The notes under the pieces were generated by a model that worked only from the letters and a program-made list of their open reading frames with translations, searched no databases and was not told the origin of the DNA. The position numbers were made by a program, and so were the translations under genes. Of a stretch of DNA of 64,000 bases, positions 46,229 to 56,213 are shown one piece after another. Each line of letters opens with the position of its first letter. Position 1 is the stretch's first letter. This DNA comes from Myxococcota bacterium (GTDB lineage: Bacteria > Myxococcota_A > UBA9160 > UBA6930): the NCBI GenBank assembly GCA_965223415.1, contig OZ245002.1, forward strand, positions 4,320,001-4,384,000, in the 5' to 3' direction.

Positions 46229-47753
46229 CCCTGATCCGGCATTGCGAGGTGTAGGGAAAGCCCGGAATTGAAAGTGGCTCCGTCGGTGTGCTTGATGGAA
46301 GTGCCAACCACCATCATGCCTCCGAGGAGCCACATTCGTGAAGCTAAGCAGACACCGGATTCGAGCCCGCGTCAAGGGCGAATTGTCGATCGCCTTCACG
46401 GATGAGGCGCTGACGAGCTACGGCGGGCTGGAGCTGTTCCGGCGCTTCTTCGACCGCTTTTGGGCAGAGCGCCTGAAAGCGGCCTTTGCGGATCGGGCGT
46501 TCGACTCGGACTACGGATCCTTCCGCTGCATGCTGGTGGTGGTGGGGATGCTGCTGCTGGGAGGGAGCCGTCTCTCGCATGTCCGGGTGCTCGATCGGGA
46601 TCCGTTGTTTCGGCGGTTCGTCCGATTGCAGCGGCTTCCGGACGAGCGGACCCTGGCGAGGAACCTGAAGGAGCTGACGTCGGGCTACCGCGATCGTCTG
46701 AACGAACTGCTGCGGGACATGGCCTATGGAACCCACACAGGGCTCGGCTTGGAGCGGGCCACGATCGAGCTGGACGGCACCGTGCTTCGGACGGGCGAGT
46801 ACGTGGACGGCGCCGAGCGCGGCTTCAACCCACATCACCCGAAGGACCCGTCCTACTACCCGCTGACGGCGCACCTGGCGCAGACGAGCCAGCTGCTCGG
46901 CGTATGGAACCGGCCGGGCAATGTGAACGATGCGGTGGGCGCTGCGGAGAAGCTGGCCTTTCTCCTGGGCGACGCGAAGCGGCGCCTCGATCGGGTCCCG
47001 ATCGAGGTGCGGCTCGATGGCGCCTTCTTCCAGAAGGCCGTTCTCGAGGTTCTCACGGCCTCTCGCGTGGAGTACGCCCTCAAGGTCCCCATGTGGCGCT
47101 GGCTCGGCGTGCGTGAGAAGATCGCCGCCCGGAAGCGTTGGCACCGCGTCAACGCGAGCGTCGACGCCTTCTCCGTCGTCCACCGGATCCCACAGTGGAA
47201 GCGCTGCGAGCGGATCGTGGTGTTCCGCAAGAAGGTCTCCGGGCGAAGCGCGAAGAACTTCCAGCTCGACCTCTTCACCCCGGACGATGGCCACTACGAG
47301 TACTCGATGGTCGCGACGAACAAGCGGACCAGCGAGGCCGCCGTCTGGGCCTTCATGGCCGGACGCGGCGGCCACGAGAAGACGCTGGCCGAGCTCAAAC
47401 AGCACCTGGCGTTCGCCACCATCCCGACCCAGGACTGGGACGCCAACAGCAACTGGCAGCTGCTCAGTGCCCTGACCCACAACCTGGTGCGGGACTTCCA
47501 AGCCACGCTTGGCCTGCCAGAGCGACCCAACGGCCGAAAGCGGACCGCCCGGCTCCGCTTCCCCTCGCTCCGCACGCTCCGCTTCGAGCTGATCCAGCTC
47601 CCTGGCCGCATCGCTCGGCCTGCCGGACGCGCTTCGCTCCGAATCGCCGCGTCCTCGCGCAGCCGCTCCACCATCCGGGCCGCCGAGACCGCGCTCGCCG
47701 CGTGAGCCCGCCAGACCTACGCTCGGATCCGTGATCTCAATGCCGGATCAGGG
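46229..47753 (+). mobile_element. IS1380-family insertion sequence (1525 bp)
   Basis: 16-bp perfect TIR CCCTGATCCGGCATTG / CAATGCCGGATCAGGG; flanking CTAG duplication at 46225-46228 and 47754-47757. Confidence 0.9.
46338..47705 (+). CDS. IS1380-family DDE transposase
   Basis: LTSYGGL, ELDGT, YYPL, RPGN, RLDGAF, RGGHEKTLAELK. Confidence 0.9.
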   Translation: MKLSRHRIRARVKGELSIAFTDEALTSYGGLELFRRFFDRFWAERLKAAFADRAFDSDYGSFRCMLVVVGMLLLGGSRLSHVRVLDRDPLFRRFVRLQRLPDERTLARNLKELTSGYRDRLNELLRDMAYGTHTGLGLERATIELDGTVLRTGEYVDGAERGFNPHHPKDPSYYPLTAHLAQTSQLLGVWNRPGNVNDAVGAAEKLAFLLGDAKRRLDRVPIEVRLDGAFFQKAVLEVLTASRVEYALKVPMWRWLGVREKIAARKRWHRVNASVDAFSVVHRIPQWKRCERIVVFRKKVSGRSAKNFQLDLFTPDDGHYEYSMVATNKRTSEAAVWAFMAGRGGHEKTLAELKQHLAFATIPTQDWDANSNWQLLSALTHNLVRDFQATLGLPERPNGRKRTARLRFPSLRTLRFELIQLPGRIARPAGRASLRIAASSRSRSTIRAAETALAA

Positions 47754-47760
47754 CTAGGCG

Positions 47761-48240
47761 CTACCCGGCTCCCGGCTCGGCCTTCCACGCCAGGCGGTAG
47801 ACGGCCCGGTGCGCCCGGGGGTCCACGGCCGTCCGCTCCGCCACGGCTTCGGCGGCGCAGAGCCCGGAGATCGGATGCATGCCGATGCCGAGGGAGAGCG
47901 GCCACAGCTCCCGGTTGATCAACGACGCAGGGATCTGTGAGAGCTCGCCAGCGCCCAAGGCGCTCGGCTCCCAACCGAGCAGACGTACAGCACCGGACAC
48001 GAAGGGGCGCTAGGCATGTCGAACTGGTCGTACACACAGTCGGCCAGCAGAGTGACGCCGCGCTCGGCGCAGAGGCTGGCGACCGTGTGCCCTCCGCTCG
48101 ATCGGCAGCCAGTGCATGCGGCCGGCCTGCTCCACGGCGGTCGTCGTCTCGGGCGCGCGCTGCCGTAGGGCCTCCAGGGCCTCGCGGCGCAGGAGCGCCG
48201 CGAACAGGTTCTTCATGTAGCTCGAGTGGACGGCCGGGCC
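47761..48240 (-). pseudogene. Frameshifted remnant of a conserved-looking hypothetical gene
   Basis: Three frames join into one protein-like path: AVHSSYMKNLF...HWLPIE / GVTLLADCVYDQFDMP / FVSGAVRLLG...AVYRLAWK. Confidence 0.55.
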
Positions 48241-48309
48241 GGATCCTTCGCGCGCGCCCCCGTGGATCGGTCGCCCGGCCCTGGCCCTTGAAGTCGCTAC
48301 CGTGGCGGC

Positions 48310-48861
48310 ATGACGCGACTCGTCGGCATCGCAGGAAGTCTTCGTCGGGACTCGTTCAACCGCGCGCTGCTGGGCGTCGCCCGGTTGCTGCTGCCGGAGG
48401 GCGCGTCGCTCGAGATCCTCTCGATCGACGACGTGCCCCTGTATCACGGCGATCTCGAGGACGCCTCCGGAGTTCCGGCCCCGGTGGAGGCGTTGAAGGA
48501 CGCCGTCGCAGCGGCGGATGGCCTCGTCCTCGCCACGCCCGAGTACAACGGGAGTGTCCCGGGCGTCCTGAAGAACGCCGTCGACTGGATGTCGCGTCCC
48601 ATCGAGGACCAGCCGCGCGTGCTCCACGGCAAACGGGTCGCCCTGCTCGGCGCGAGCCCGAGCCCGATGGGAACGAGCTCGGCCCAGAACGCCTGGCTGC
48701 CGGTGCTGCGCTCCCTGCGCATGGTGCTCTGGACCGAGCGCGGCTCCTTCCTCGTCGGTGGGGCCCATCAGGCGCTTCGCGACGGAGGGCTCGAGGACCC
48801 GCGGCTCCGCGGGCGGCTCGAGGGCTATCTCGCGGGCTTCGTCGCCTTCGTGCGGGACTGA
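48310..48861 (+). CDS. NADPH-dependent FMN reductase
   Basis: GSLRRDSFN, TPEYNGSVPGVLKNAVDW. Confidence 0.92.
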   Translation: MTRLVGIAGSLRRDSFNRALLGVARLLLPEGASLEILSIDDVPLYHGDLEDASGVPAPVEALKDAVAAADGLVLATPEYNGSVPGVLKNAVDWMSRPIEDQPRVLHGKRVALLGASPSPMGTSSAQNAWLPVLRSLRMVLWTERGSFLVGGAHQALRDGGLEDPRLRGRLEGYLAGFVAFVRD

Positions 48862-48883
48862 CCCGTGCCGCGAACGCGTCCGG

Positions 48884-50026
48884 GTGGACGGGAGCGCTGA
48901 TCGGTCCGTGCTGCTCGTCGCCCACGTCGGCTTCTTCGTCTTCGGGACGCTGCTCGTCCTCGTCGGCGGCACGCAGGTGGCCCTTGCCGAAGGCCTCGGC
49001 GTGGCGCTCGAGGGAACGGGTGCGTTGGCCGGTGCCGTGTCTCTGGGTCTCGGCGTCGGCGTGGTGGCCGGCGGCCCGCCGACCGATCGCTGGCCGCGCC
49101 GGCCGCTCTTCGCAGGCGCGGCGCTGGTAGCCGCGGCGGGGCTCGGCTGGGGGGCAGCGGGCCGAGACGTCGCCAGTGTCGCCGGCGGTCTGGCGCTGGC
49201 TGGCGCCGGCGCGGGCTTCTTCGAGACGATCCTGAACACCGTCGTGGCCGAGCAGGATCCGCTTCGCGCCGAGCGCCGGCTCGCCTCGGTGCACGCGGCG
49301 GCGACGGCGGGAGCGGTCGTCGCACCGCCGCTCCTGGCGAGCTACGCCGAGGGGACGGGCTTCGGCGCCGCCTTCCTCGTTTGTGCGGCGGCCTTCGCGG
49401 CGCTCGGCCTGCTCGGTCTGGTCATCCCGCTGCCCCGGCCGGGCGAGGTGTCTCCCCGCGTCCCGGGCGCCCAGGCGGCCCTGCCGATCGGGACCCTGCT
49501 CCCGCTGCTCGCGGCGAGCGCCGCCTACGTCGGCCTGGAGACGGCGCTCACCGCCTTCGCGCCGGCCTTCGCCGACGGCCCGGCACCTTCGTCCGGCCGC
49601 GGCGTCGCGGCGATCAGCATGCTGTGGCTGGGCCTGCTGCTCGGACGCGTCGCCTTCCTCGCCACGGGACGCTCGGCCGATGCGGGCTGGCTCTTCGGGA
49701 CCGGTCTCCTGGCCACGGCGATGCTCGCCCTCGGTCTCACCACTGGCCTTCCCGGTCTGATTCCCGGCTTCTTCGCCCTCGGTTTCGTCCTGGGCGTGGT
49801 GTTCCCGGTGCTGATCGCCGTGACAGCGCGCCGCTTCCCGGCGCGGCGCGGGACCGCCGTGGGCCTGGTCGCTGGTGCGGGCGCCGTGGGCGGCACACTC
49901 CTTCCGTGGGCGGCGGGGGCGGTGGGCGATCGCGTGGGGCTCGCCGGAACCTGGGGCGTTCTCGTCGCGAGCTGCGCCACCCTCGCGGTGGCAAGCGGAT
50001 TCGCGGTGCGGCGTCGTCGGGCCTGA
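48884..50026 (+). CDS. MFS transporter
   Basis: About 12 hydrophobic segments; G..TDRWPRR motif-A variant; start uncertain. Confidence 0.8.
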   Translation: MDGSADRSVLLVAHVGFFVFGTLLVLVGGTQVALAEGLGVALEGTGALAGAVSLGLGVGVVAGGPPTDRWPRRPLFAGAALVAAAGLGWGAAGRDVASVAGGLALAGAGAGFFETILNTVVAEQDPLRAERRLASVHAAATAGAVVAPPLLASYAEGTGFGAAFLVCAAAFAALGLLGLVIPLPRPGEVSPRVPGAQAALPIGTLLPLLAASAAYVGLETALTAFAPAFADGPAPSSGRGVAAISMLWLGLLLGRVAFLATGRSADAGWLFGTGLLATAMLALGLTTGLPGLIPGFFALGFVLGVVFPVLIAVTARRFPARRGTAVGLVAGAGAVGGTLLPWAAGAVGDRVGLAGTWGVLVASCATLAVASGFAVRRRRA

Positions 50027-50070
50027 CGCGCGCGAGGGGGCCCCGGCCCAATGGCTGCGTTGCCGGGCGC

Positions 50071-50350
50071 ATGAAGATCCTCTCCATCGAGGACCACGAG
50101 CTCTTCCGGGAGGTCTGCGGCGCGTCACCTCCGAGCTGCACGGCGCGCCGGAGCGGCTCGAGGCGCGCACGGCCGACGAGGCCTGGCCGATCCTCGCGTC
50201 GGAGCCCGAGGTGGGCCGGAGGCGCTCGGCCGGGTCCTCGCCGGAGAGGTCTACGTGCCGGCGGCCCTGCGCGCCGCCGCCGAGGGCGTGACGGTGCCGC
50301 GGCTCTCGCTCCGGCAGCGCGAGGTGGCCGAGCTGATGGCCGGCTTCTTC
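50071..50350 (+). pseudogene. Degraded NarL/LuxR-family response regulator
   Basis: MKILSIEDHELFRE / LRRV..EARTADEA / ALGRVLAGEVYVP..LSLRQREVAELM, spread across two frameshifts; receiver core and most of the HTH are missing. Confidence 0.75.
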
Positions 50351-51314
50351 ACACGGGCTTGGGGATGAAGAGGGCGACGAGGCCGCCGAGGAGGCCCAGG
50401 GCCATCAGGCCGCTTCGCCAGAGCAGGCCCTGGGCGACGGCGAGGGCCGGGTCGACGCCGAAGGTGGCGAGGAGGGCGACCAGGGCGGCTTCGCGCACGC
50501 CGATGCCGCCGAGGCTCACCGGGGCGAAGGCGGCGATCTTCGCGAGGGGCCAGGCCACGGCCCAGACGGCCAGGCCGCAGTCGATCCCGATCGGCGCGCC
50601 CAGCAGGTCGTTGATGCAGGAGAGCGCGCCCTGCACGCCCAGCGCGATCGCGAGGGCCAGGGCGGTCGCGCCGCCTCGCGACGCCAGGGTGAGCGTCACC
50701 TCGCGGAGCCGCCCCACGACCCGGGCGACGCGGGCGGGCAGGCGGCCCGGGTCGAGGTAGCGCAGCACGACGAGCCCACCGAGCAGGCCGCCGAGCAGCA
50801 GCACCACCGAGAGCTCCAGCACCCGCAGCGCCGTGTCGTCCCGGGCGGCCGGTGCCAGCGCCAGGCCGACCGCGGCGATGGAGACGAGGGCGAGCAGGTC
50901 GAGCACCCGGTCGGCGATGCCCGCCGCCGTGGGGCCGGCCAGCTGGCCGCTGCTCCGGGCGGCGATCCCGGCGCGCACGAGATCGCCCCCGACGATCGAG
51001 GGCAGCCAGATGTTGGCGAAGAGCCCGGCCGCGTGGGCCCGCACGGCCACCGAGAGGGGCAGCGGCGTTCCGGACGCGCGCACCAGCACCGCCCACTTCA
51101 CCGCCGCGATCCCGTGGATCAGCGCGAAGAGCGCGACGACCCCGGCCCAGCGCCCGAAGCCGATGCCCGTGATGGCGGCGCCCACCTCGCCCAGGGGAAT
51201 CCACCAGAAGAGCAGCGCGAAGGTCAGGCCCGTGACGCCGAGGCGCCACAGGAGCGGCGTCCAGCGCTCCGGCAGCCGCACGCCCAGGCGCGCCAGGAAG
51301 CCGCCCTGGGTCAC
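50349..51314 (-). CDS. LPG-synthase-TM/UPF0104 flippase-like membrane protein
   Basis: GLFANIWLPSIVGGDLVR, DRVLD, PVSLGGIGVRE. Confidence 0.82.
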   Translation of the reverse strand: MTQGGFLARLGVRLPERWTPLLWRLGVTGLTFALLFWWIPLGEVGAAITGIGFGRWAGVVALFALIHGIAAVKWAVLVRASGTPLPLSVAVRAHAAGLFANIWLPSIVGGDLVRAGIAARSSGQLAGPTAAGIADRVLDLLALVSIAAVGLALAPAARDDTALRVLELSVVLLLGGLLGGLVVLRYLDPGRLPARVARVVGRLREVTLTLASRGGATALALAIALGVQGALSCINDLLGAPIGIDCGLAVWAVAWPLAKIAAFAPVSLGGIGVREAALVALLATFGVDPALAVAQGLLWRSGLMALGLLGGLVALFIPKPV

Positions 51315-52960
51315 TTCGCGTCGCTCCGCCGGTAGACGAACAGGGTGCCGTCGCCGAGGGTGCCGCGGAAGGCCGCGTCCTCCACGTAGCCGCTCTCCAG
51401 GGCGAGCAGGATGTCCTCGTGGGCGACGCCCATGTACGTGGGGAAGGAGTAGACGAGCCACGCGGGCTCGAGGCGAGCCAGCTCTTCCGCGTCCGCCACC
51501 GCCCCCCAGTGCGGCGCGTAGAGCCGCTCGTAGGGAAGGGTCGCGAGGCCGGCGGTCACCACCACGTCGTCCGGCGCCCGGCTCGCCTCCACGTACTCGC
51601 GCGTCGCTTGATAGGCCTGCTTCGGCGCCCGGTAGTTGACCGGCAGGGTGGCTGCGGAGGCCGCGATCACCGCCAGCACCGCGACGGTCGCGGGTCGCGC
51701 CGCCAGGGCCGGGTCGCGCCCGAGCCAGCGCAGCAGCACCGGCATCAGCACGAAGGCGCCCTGCACGATCAGCACCGCCACGAACCCCAGGTAGGCGAAG
51801 AAGTACCGCGGCCAGATGTGGAAGCTCACCGCCAGCAGCACGCCGAGGGTGACCGGAAAGGGCAGGGCCATGATCAACGCCGAGGCCGGGTCGCGCCGCA
51901 GCATCAGGACCCAGGCCCATCCCGCCACGAGCCCCGCCGCGACCACGGCGACCGCGCTCCACGCGCCTCCCGGAAGCCCCTGCAGGATCTCGAGGGCGGT
52001 CCAGAGCGGGCTCCGCCAGGTGCCGACGCCCGGCAGCGAGGTGGCCTGGCTGACCGTGCGGCCGAAGGTCTCGAACATCTGCGGGAGGATCAGGGCGTAG
52101 ATCTCCACGACCAGCAGGCCGCCCACGACGAAGCCCCCCAGCGGCCAGGGCTCCCGGGCTCCCGGATAGCGGCGCGTAGCCTCCGGACTTCGCAGCGCTC
52201 GGAGCCCGAGCCCCACGTAGACGAGCCCGTGGCAGAGGAACAGGAACACCGCGGAGAGGTGCACGTACATGGCCCCCGCGAAGACCGCCGCGTAGGCGAG
52301 CCAGAGCCCGCGGCGCCGCGCTGCCATGCCGTCCAGGAAGAGGCCGGACGCGACGAGCCCGAGGCACATGAGCCCGGTGTAGCCCCGCGCGTTCTGGGAG
52401 AACCAGACGTGGTGGTAGGCCAGGGCGACGAGGGCGGCGGCGAGGAGCGCCTGCCGGTCGCTCGCTACCCGCCGGCCGAAGAAGAAGACGCCGGCCACAC
52501 TCGCCACGCCGAACAGGGCGGCGGGGAGCCGCAGCGCCCAGGCCGATTCGCCGAACAGGCCGATCGAGCCCTTGGCCAGCAGCGAGTAGAGGATGTGGTT
52601 GTTCTGGACCGTGTAGGTCGTGAGCAGCTCGCGCGCCGGGAGCCGCACGAACTCGGTCAGCGTCACGACCTCGTCGTACCAGAGGTCGGACTCCAGGCCG
52701 ACGAGTCGCAGGGCCAGGGCCACGAGCAGGATCGCGCCGAGAGGCAGCCAGGGCACGGGAGGTCGCACGGCCGGAGCCGCCTCGGGGCTCCGGGCCGTCG
52801 CCCGGCCCCAGGCGGCCAGGGCCGCACCCAGCACGAGTGAGGAGCCGCGCAGCAGCCAGACGCCCTGGACGCGGGCGCTCTCGGCTTCCGGACCCGCAAG
52901 CCACGCGGTGGGCAGCGCCAGGCCGAGCAGCGCGATCAGTACTCCCCCCACGATCAGCAA
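51311..52960 (-). CDS. GT-C fold glycosyltransferase (ArnT/PMT-like)
   Basis: LRLVGL.SDLWYDE, NNHILY, LRLPA, FSQNARGY; many TM helices. Confidence 0.82.
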   Translation of the reverse strand: MLIVGGVLIALLGLALPTAWLAGPEAESARVQGVWLLRGSSLVLGAALAAWGRATARSPEAAPAVRPPVPWLPLGAILLVALALRLVGLESDLWYDEVVTLTEFVRLPARELLTTYTVQNNHILYSLLAKGSIGLFGESAWALRLPAALFGVASVAGVFFFGRRVASDRQALLAAALVALAYHHVWFSQNARGYTGLMCLGLVASGLFLDGMAARRRGLWLAYAAVFAGAMYVHLSAVFLFLCHGLVYVGLGLRALRSPEATRRYPGAREPWPLGGFVVGGLLVVEIYALILPQMFETFGRTVSQATSLPGVGTWRSPLWTALEILQGLPGGAWSAVAVVAAGLVAGWAWVLMLRRDPASALIMALPFPVTLGVLLAVSFHIWPRYFFAYLGFVAVLIVQGAFVLMPVLLRWLGRDPALAARPATVAVLAVIAASAATLPVNYRAPKQAYQATREYVEASRAPDDVVVTAGLATLPYERLYAPHWGAVADAEELARLEPAWLVYSFPTYMGVAHEDILLALESGYVEDAAFRGTLGDGTLFVYRRSDAK

Positions 52961-53032
52961 GGCGACGTCGGACCTCCCTGGCCTCTCATCGGTCGGCCGT
53001 GCCCGCCAGGATACGGGTCTTTGGAAGGCTGC

Positions 53033-54637
53033 CTATCCCTCGTGGGGGAGGTGGGCGCCCGCGTCGATGTCCGTCCGCTTCTTCGGGTCCCAGTTCGGGG
53101 CCGACGGGCAGCGCTCGAGGATCTGGAGCCGCTCGTCCTGGCTGATCTTCTTGCCGGGCAGCAGGTTCCGCAGCTTGTAGAACGGGATGATCTCGGTGCC
53201 GAGGTTCCAGATGTGGCGCAGGAAGTAGGGGTTCTTGACCGTGAAGGTCAGCGTGTCCCACATGAAGCGGGGCCGCAGGTACCACTCCCGCGTGGCCTTG
53301 CGCTGCCAGAACTCGGCGTCGAAGCCGTTGGCGAAGGTGAGGGCCCCGGCGTCGGTCCAGCCCCAACGCACCTGGAAGGCCGAGTTCTTCGAGGCGTCGA
53401 AGCTCTGCTCCGCCCACCAGCGGGGGCGCACCTCGCCGGCCTCGAGGGCCTCGTCGTACATGGGCGTGCCCGGATAGGCCGTGGACACGAAGAACATGCA
53501 CAGGCTCGGGCGCACCTTCTTGGAGAAGTCGATGGTGTTCTGGGCGCTCTGCTCGGTCTCGCCCGGGTTGCCCATCAGGAAGGTGGCGTAGGTGCGGATG
53601 CCGAGCTTCCGGCAGCGCTCGAAGCAATCCTGCACCTCGTCGAGGGAGACCTCCTTCTTGATCTTCCTCAGGATCTCCGGGTCGCCGGACTCGACGCCGA
53701 AGTTGATCACGTAGCAGCCGGCCTTCGCCATCTTTTCGAGGAGCGGCGGCGGCACCAGGTTCGCGCGCGTGTTGCAGCGCCACTTGATGTCGAGGCCCTC
53801 GTCGATCAGCCGCTGGCAGAACTCGTCCGCCCACTTCTTCTTGGCGGTAAAGGTGGAGTCCTTGAACACGAAGTTCGTGACGCCGTACTTCTCCTTGTAG
53901 AACTTGATGTCTTCGATCACACGATCGATCGACCAGAAGCGGAGCTTCGTCCCCATCGTCATCGGGGCGTCGCAGAAGGTGCACTTGAAGGGGCAGCCGC
54001 GGCTGAGCATCATCGAGAGGACGAAGCGGCCCGCCATCGTCGGAATGCTGTACTTCTTGATGTCGACCATGTCGTAGTCGACCGAGGGAAGCTCATCGAG
54101 GTCCTTCACGAAGGGCCGCGCCGGATTGGCGTGGACCTCGAGGGTCTCGCGATCGCGGTAGACCACGCCGGGGACGTTTTCGACGCACTCCTGCAGGTTG
54201 GTCACCCCCTCCGGCGTCCACTCGCCGTGGTCACGCAGCGATTGGCAGGCCTCGAGGAGGCTCCACTCGCCCTCGCCGTGGATGGCGAAGTCGAAGCAGG
54301 TGGCCATGTCGAAGGTGTCGCCCTTCGTGGAATCGAAGTGGGCCCCGCCCAGCACGACCGGCAGGTCCGGGCGGGCCTGCTTCAGGAGCGTGCTGCAGGC
54401 GAGCCCGGTGATCAGCTGGGGGGTCATCATGCTGAAGCCGATCAGGTCCGGCTCGCTCGTGAGGATGCGATCGACGGTCTCCGCGACCGACAGGCCATCG
54501 ATGTCCGCGTCGAGCACCTCGACGTCGAAGCCCTCCCGCTTCAGCAGCGAAGCGATGTAGAGGACGCCAAGCGGCTGGAGGCCGTACTTGGACTTGTGGC
54601 CGGGCAGCAGCGCCGGATAGCAGAGCGTGATCTTCAC
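53033..54637 (-). CDS. B12-binding radical SAM enzyme (paralog 2)
   Basis: QPLGVLYIAS, GGAH, SRGCPFKCTFC, GVES, PGT. Confidence 0.9.
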   Translation of the reverse strand: MKITLCYPALLPGHKSKYGLQPLGVLYIASLLKREGFDVEVLDADIDGLSVAETVDRILTSEPDLIGFSMMTPQLITGLACSTLLKQARPDLPVVLGGAHFDSTKGDTFDMATCFDFAIHGEGEWSLLEACQSLRDHGEWTPEGVTNLQECVENVPGVVYRDRETLEVHANPARPFVKDLDELPSVDYDMVDIKKYSIPTMAGRFVLSMMLSRGCPFKCTFCDAPMTMGTKLRFWSIDRVIEDIKFYKEKYGVTNFVFKDSTFTAKKKWADEFCQRLIDEGLDIKWRCNTRANLVPPPLLEKMAKAGCYVINFGVESGDPEILRKIKKEVSLDEVQDCFERCRKLGIRTYATFLMGNPGETEQSAQNTIDFSKKVRPSLCMFFVSTAYPGTPMYDEALEAGEVRPRWWAEQSFDASKNSAFQVRWGWTDAGALTFANGFDAEFWQRKATREWYLRPRFMWDTLTFTVKNPYFLRHIWNLGTEIIPFYKLRNLLPGKKISQDERLQILERCPSAPNWDPKKRTDIDAGAHLPHEG

Positions 54638-54797
54638 GGGCCGGGACCTCTCACATGCGCCCCCCCGGGCGTTCCCCCGAAGTGAGTGCAATTTCCCATG
54701 TTTCGGTGACGCGATGCAGGGAGTCAACCCCTGTTTCGGGGCGAACTGTCTCATTTCGGAGAAACATCCCGGCGGCCTCCCCCCTCGGGGACGCCGG

Positions 54798-56213
54798 TCA
54801 GTCCTCCACGACGTGTGTAGCGAAGATCTCCCGCTGCTCCGCCCACGCGGCCTCGTCCAGCTGGCCCGCGTCGTCCAGGCAGCGACCGGCAGCCAGTGCC
54901 ATGTACAGGGCGTGGTGGGTGTTGTCGTGGGCGAACAGCCCCTGCCGGCCGAAGCTGAGCAGGCCCGGGATCCCCTCGAGCCAGGCGTCGATGACGTCGA
55001 AGGGGCGCTCGTAGCCCGTCGGGTAGAGCGGGTAGGCATGGGGGAGGCGCCGCACCGCCACGCCTTCCAGCCGCTCGGGCCGGGGCAGGCCGGCGCGGGC
55101 CAGGTCGTCCCGGACGATCTCGCCCAGGGCCTCGTCGCTCATCGACCAGACATCGTCGTCCATCTGGCAGGGCAGCTCGGCGCACAGCACCGTGCGGCCC
55201 GCCGGCTCGGTCGCAGCGGCGTAGTTCTTCGGCTCCGAGAGCCGGGTGATGCGGAGGTTCGCTCCCGGGAAGTAGTGGGCGTCGTAGGGCGTGAACTGGT
55301 CCTGCGGCAGCACGAGGTACACGAGCAGCATCGATCGGAAGCGAAGCGAGCGGGCCGCCTCGCGCACCGGCTCGGGCGCCGACGGCTCCAGCAGACCGAC
55401 CAGGCCGGTCACCGGGATCGTCGACCACACGTTCTGGGCCTCCATGGCCCGTAGGTGGCCCTCGTGCTCGAATTCGATCCGTGTGCCGTTCCGGGCGACG
55501 CCCACCTGCTTCAGCTCGGCCTCGAGGAGGACCTCGGCGCCGGCATCCCGGGCGGCCTCCAGCAGGGTGTCGGAGATCTGGCCGAAGCCGCGACGCGGGT
55601 AGTGGAAGACCCCCTTCGGCTGGGCCGAGCCCGTGCCCGAGCCGCCGGGAAGGAGCCGCTTCAGCATCTTGCCGATCGAGCCCGAGGAGACGCGCTTCTC
55701 CGCCTGGGCCGCGCTGATCGCCTCCGGCTCCATGCCCCAGATCTTCCGCGCGTAGGGGAAGTAGAACTCCCGGCAGATGGTGCGCCCGAGGCCGCGCTCG
55801 AGGATGCTCGCGAAGGTGCCCTCGGTGTCGGCGCCGCCGGGAAGGACCTTGCGGGCCAGGTCGAGAGCGACGCCGACCGCGAAGCGGGGAGGCACGCGCA
55901 GGGCGAGATCGCCGGCGCGCAGGGGGAAGTGCAGCCAGCGGCCCATCAGGCGGATGCGTCCGTGGCGTGGGCGGGTGAGCAGGTCGTCGCCCAGCAGCTC
56001 GCGGATCAGCCCGAGCACCTCCGGATCCGACGCAGGGTGGAGCCGGTGGCTGCCGTAGTCGACGCGCAGGCCCCCGAGCTCGAAGCTGCCGGCGTTGCCG
56101 CCGACCTCGGCCCGGCGCTCGAAGACCGTCACCGGGAAGTCTCGGCGGGCCAGCGCCAGCGCGGCGCCGAGGCCCGCGGGCCCCGCGCCGAGGATCGCCA
56201 CCGGGGGCTTCAT
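54798..56213 (-). CDS. FAD-dependent oxidoreductase, UDP-galactopyranose mutase/HemY-like
   Basis: GAGPAG, DYGSH, KIWG, YPRRGFG, AYP, GRQGLF. Confidence 0.8.
   Translation of the reverse strand: MKPPVAILGAGPAGLGAALALARRDFPVTVFERRAEVGGNAGSFELGGLRVDYGSHRLHPASDPEVLGLIRELLGDDLLTRPRHGRIRLMGRWLHFPLRAGDLALRVPPRFAVGVALDLARKVLPGGADTEGTFASILERGLGRTICREFYFPYARKIWGMEPEAISAAQAEKRVSSGSIGKMLKRLLPGGSGTGSAQPKGVFHYPRRGFGQISDTLLEAARDAGAEVLLEAELKQVGVARNGTRIEFEHEGHLRAMEAQNVWSTIPVTGLVGLLEPSAPEPVREAARSLRFRSMLLVYLVLPQDQFTPYDAHYFPGANLRITRLSEPKNYAAATEPAGRTVLCAELPCQMDDDVWSMSDEALGEIVRDDLARAGLPRPERLEGVAVRRLPHAYPLYPTGYERPFDVIDAWLEGIPGLLSFGRQGLFAHDNTHHALYMALAAGRCLDDAGQLDEAAWAEQREIFATHVVED

Noticed and set aside
54638..54797. 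Cobalamin riboswitch ahead of the B12-rSAM gene
   Set aside because: No B12-box or conserved core motifs seen
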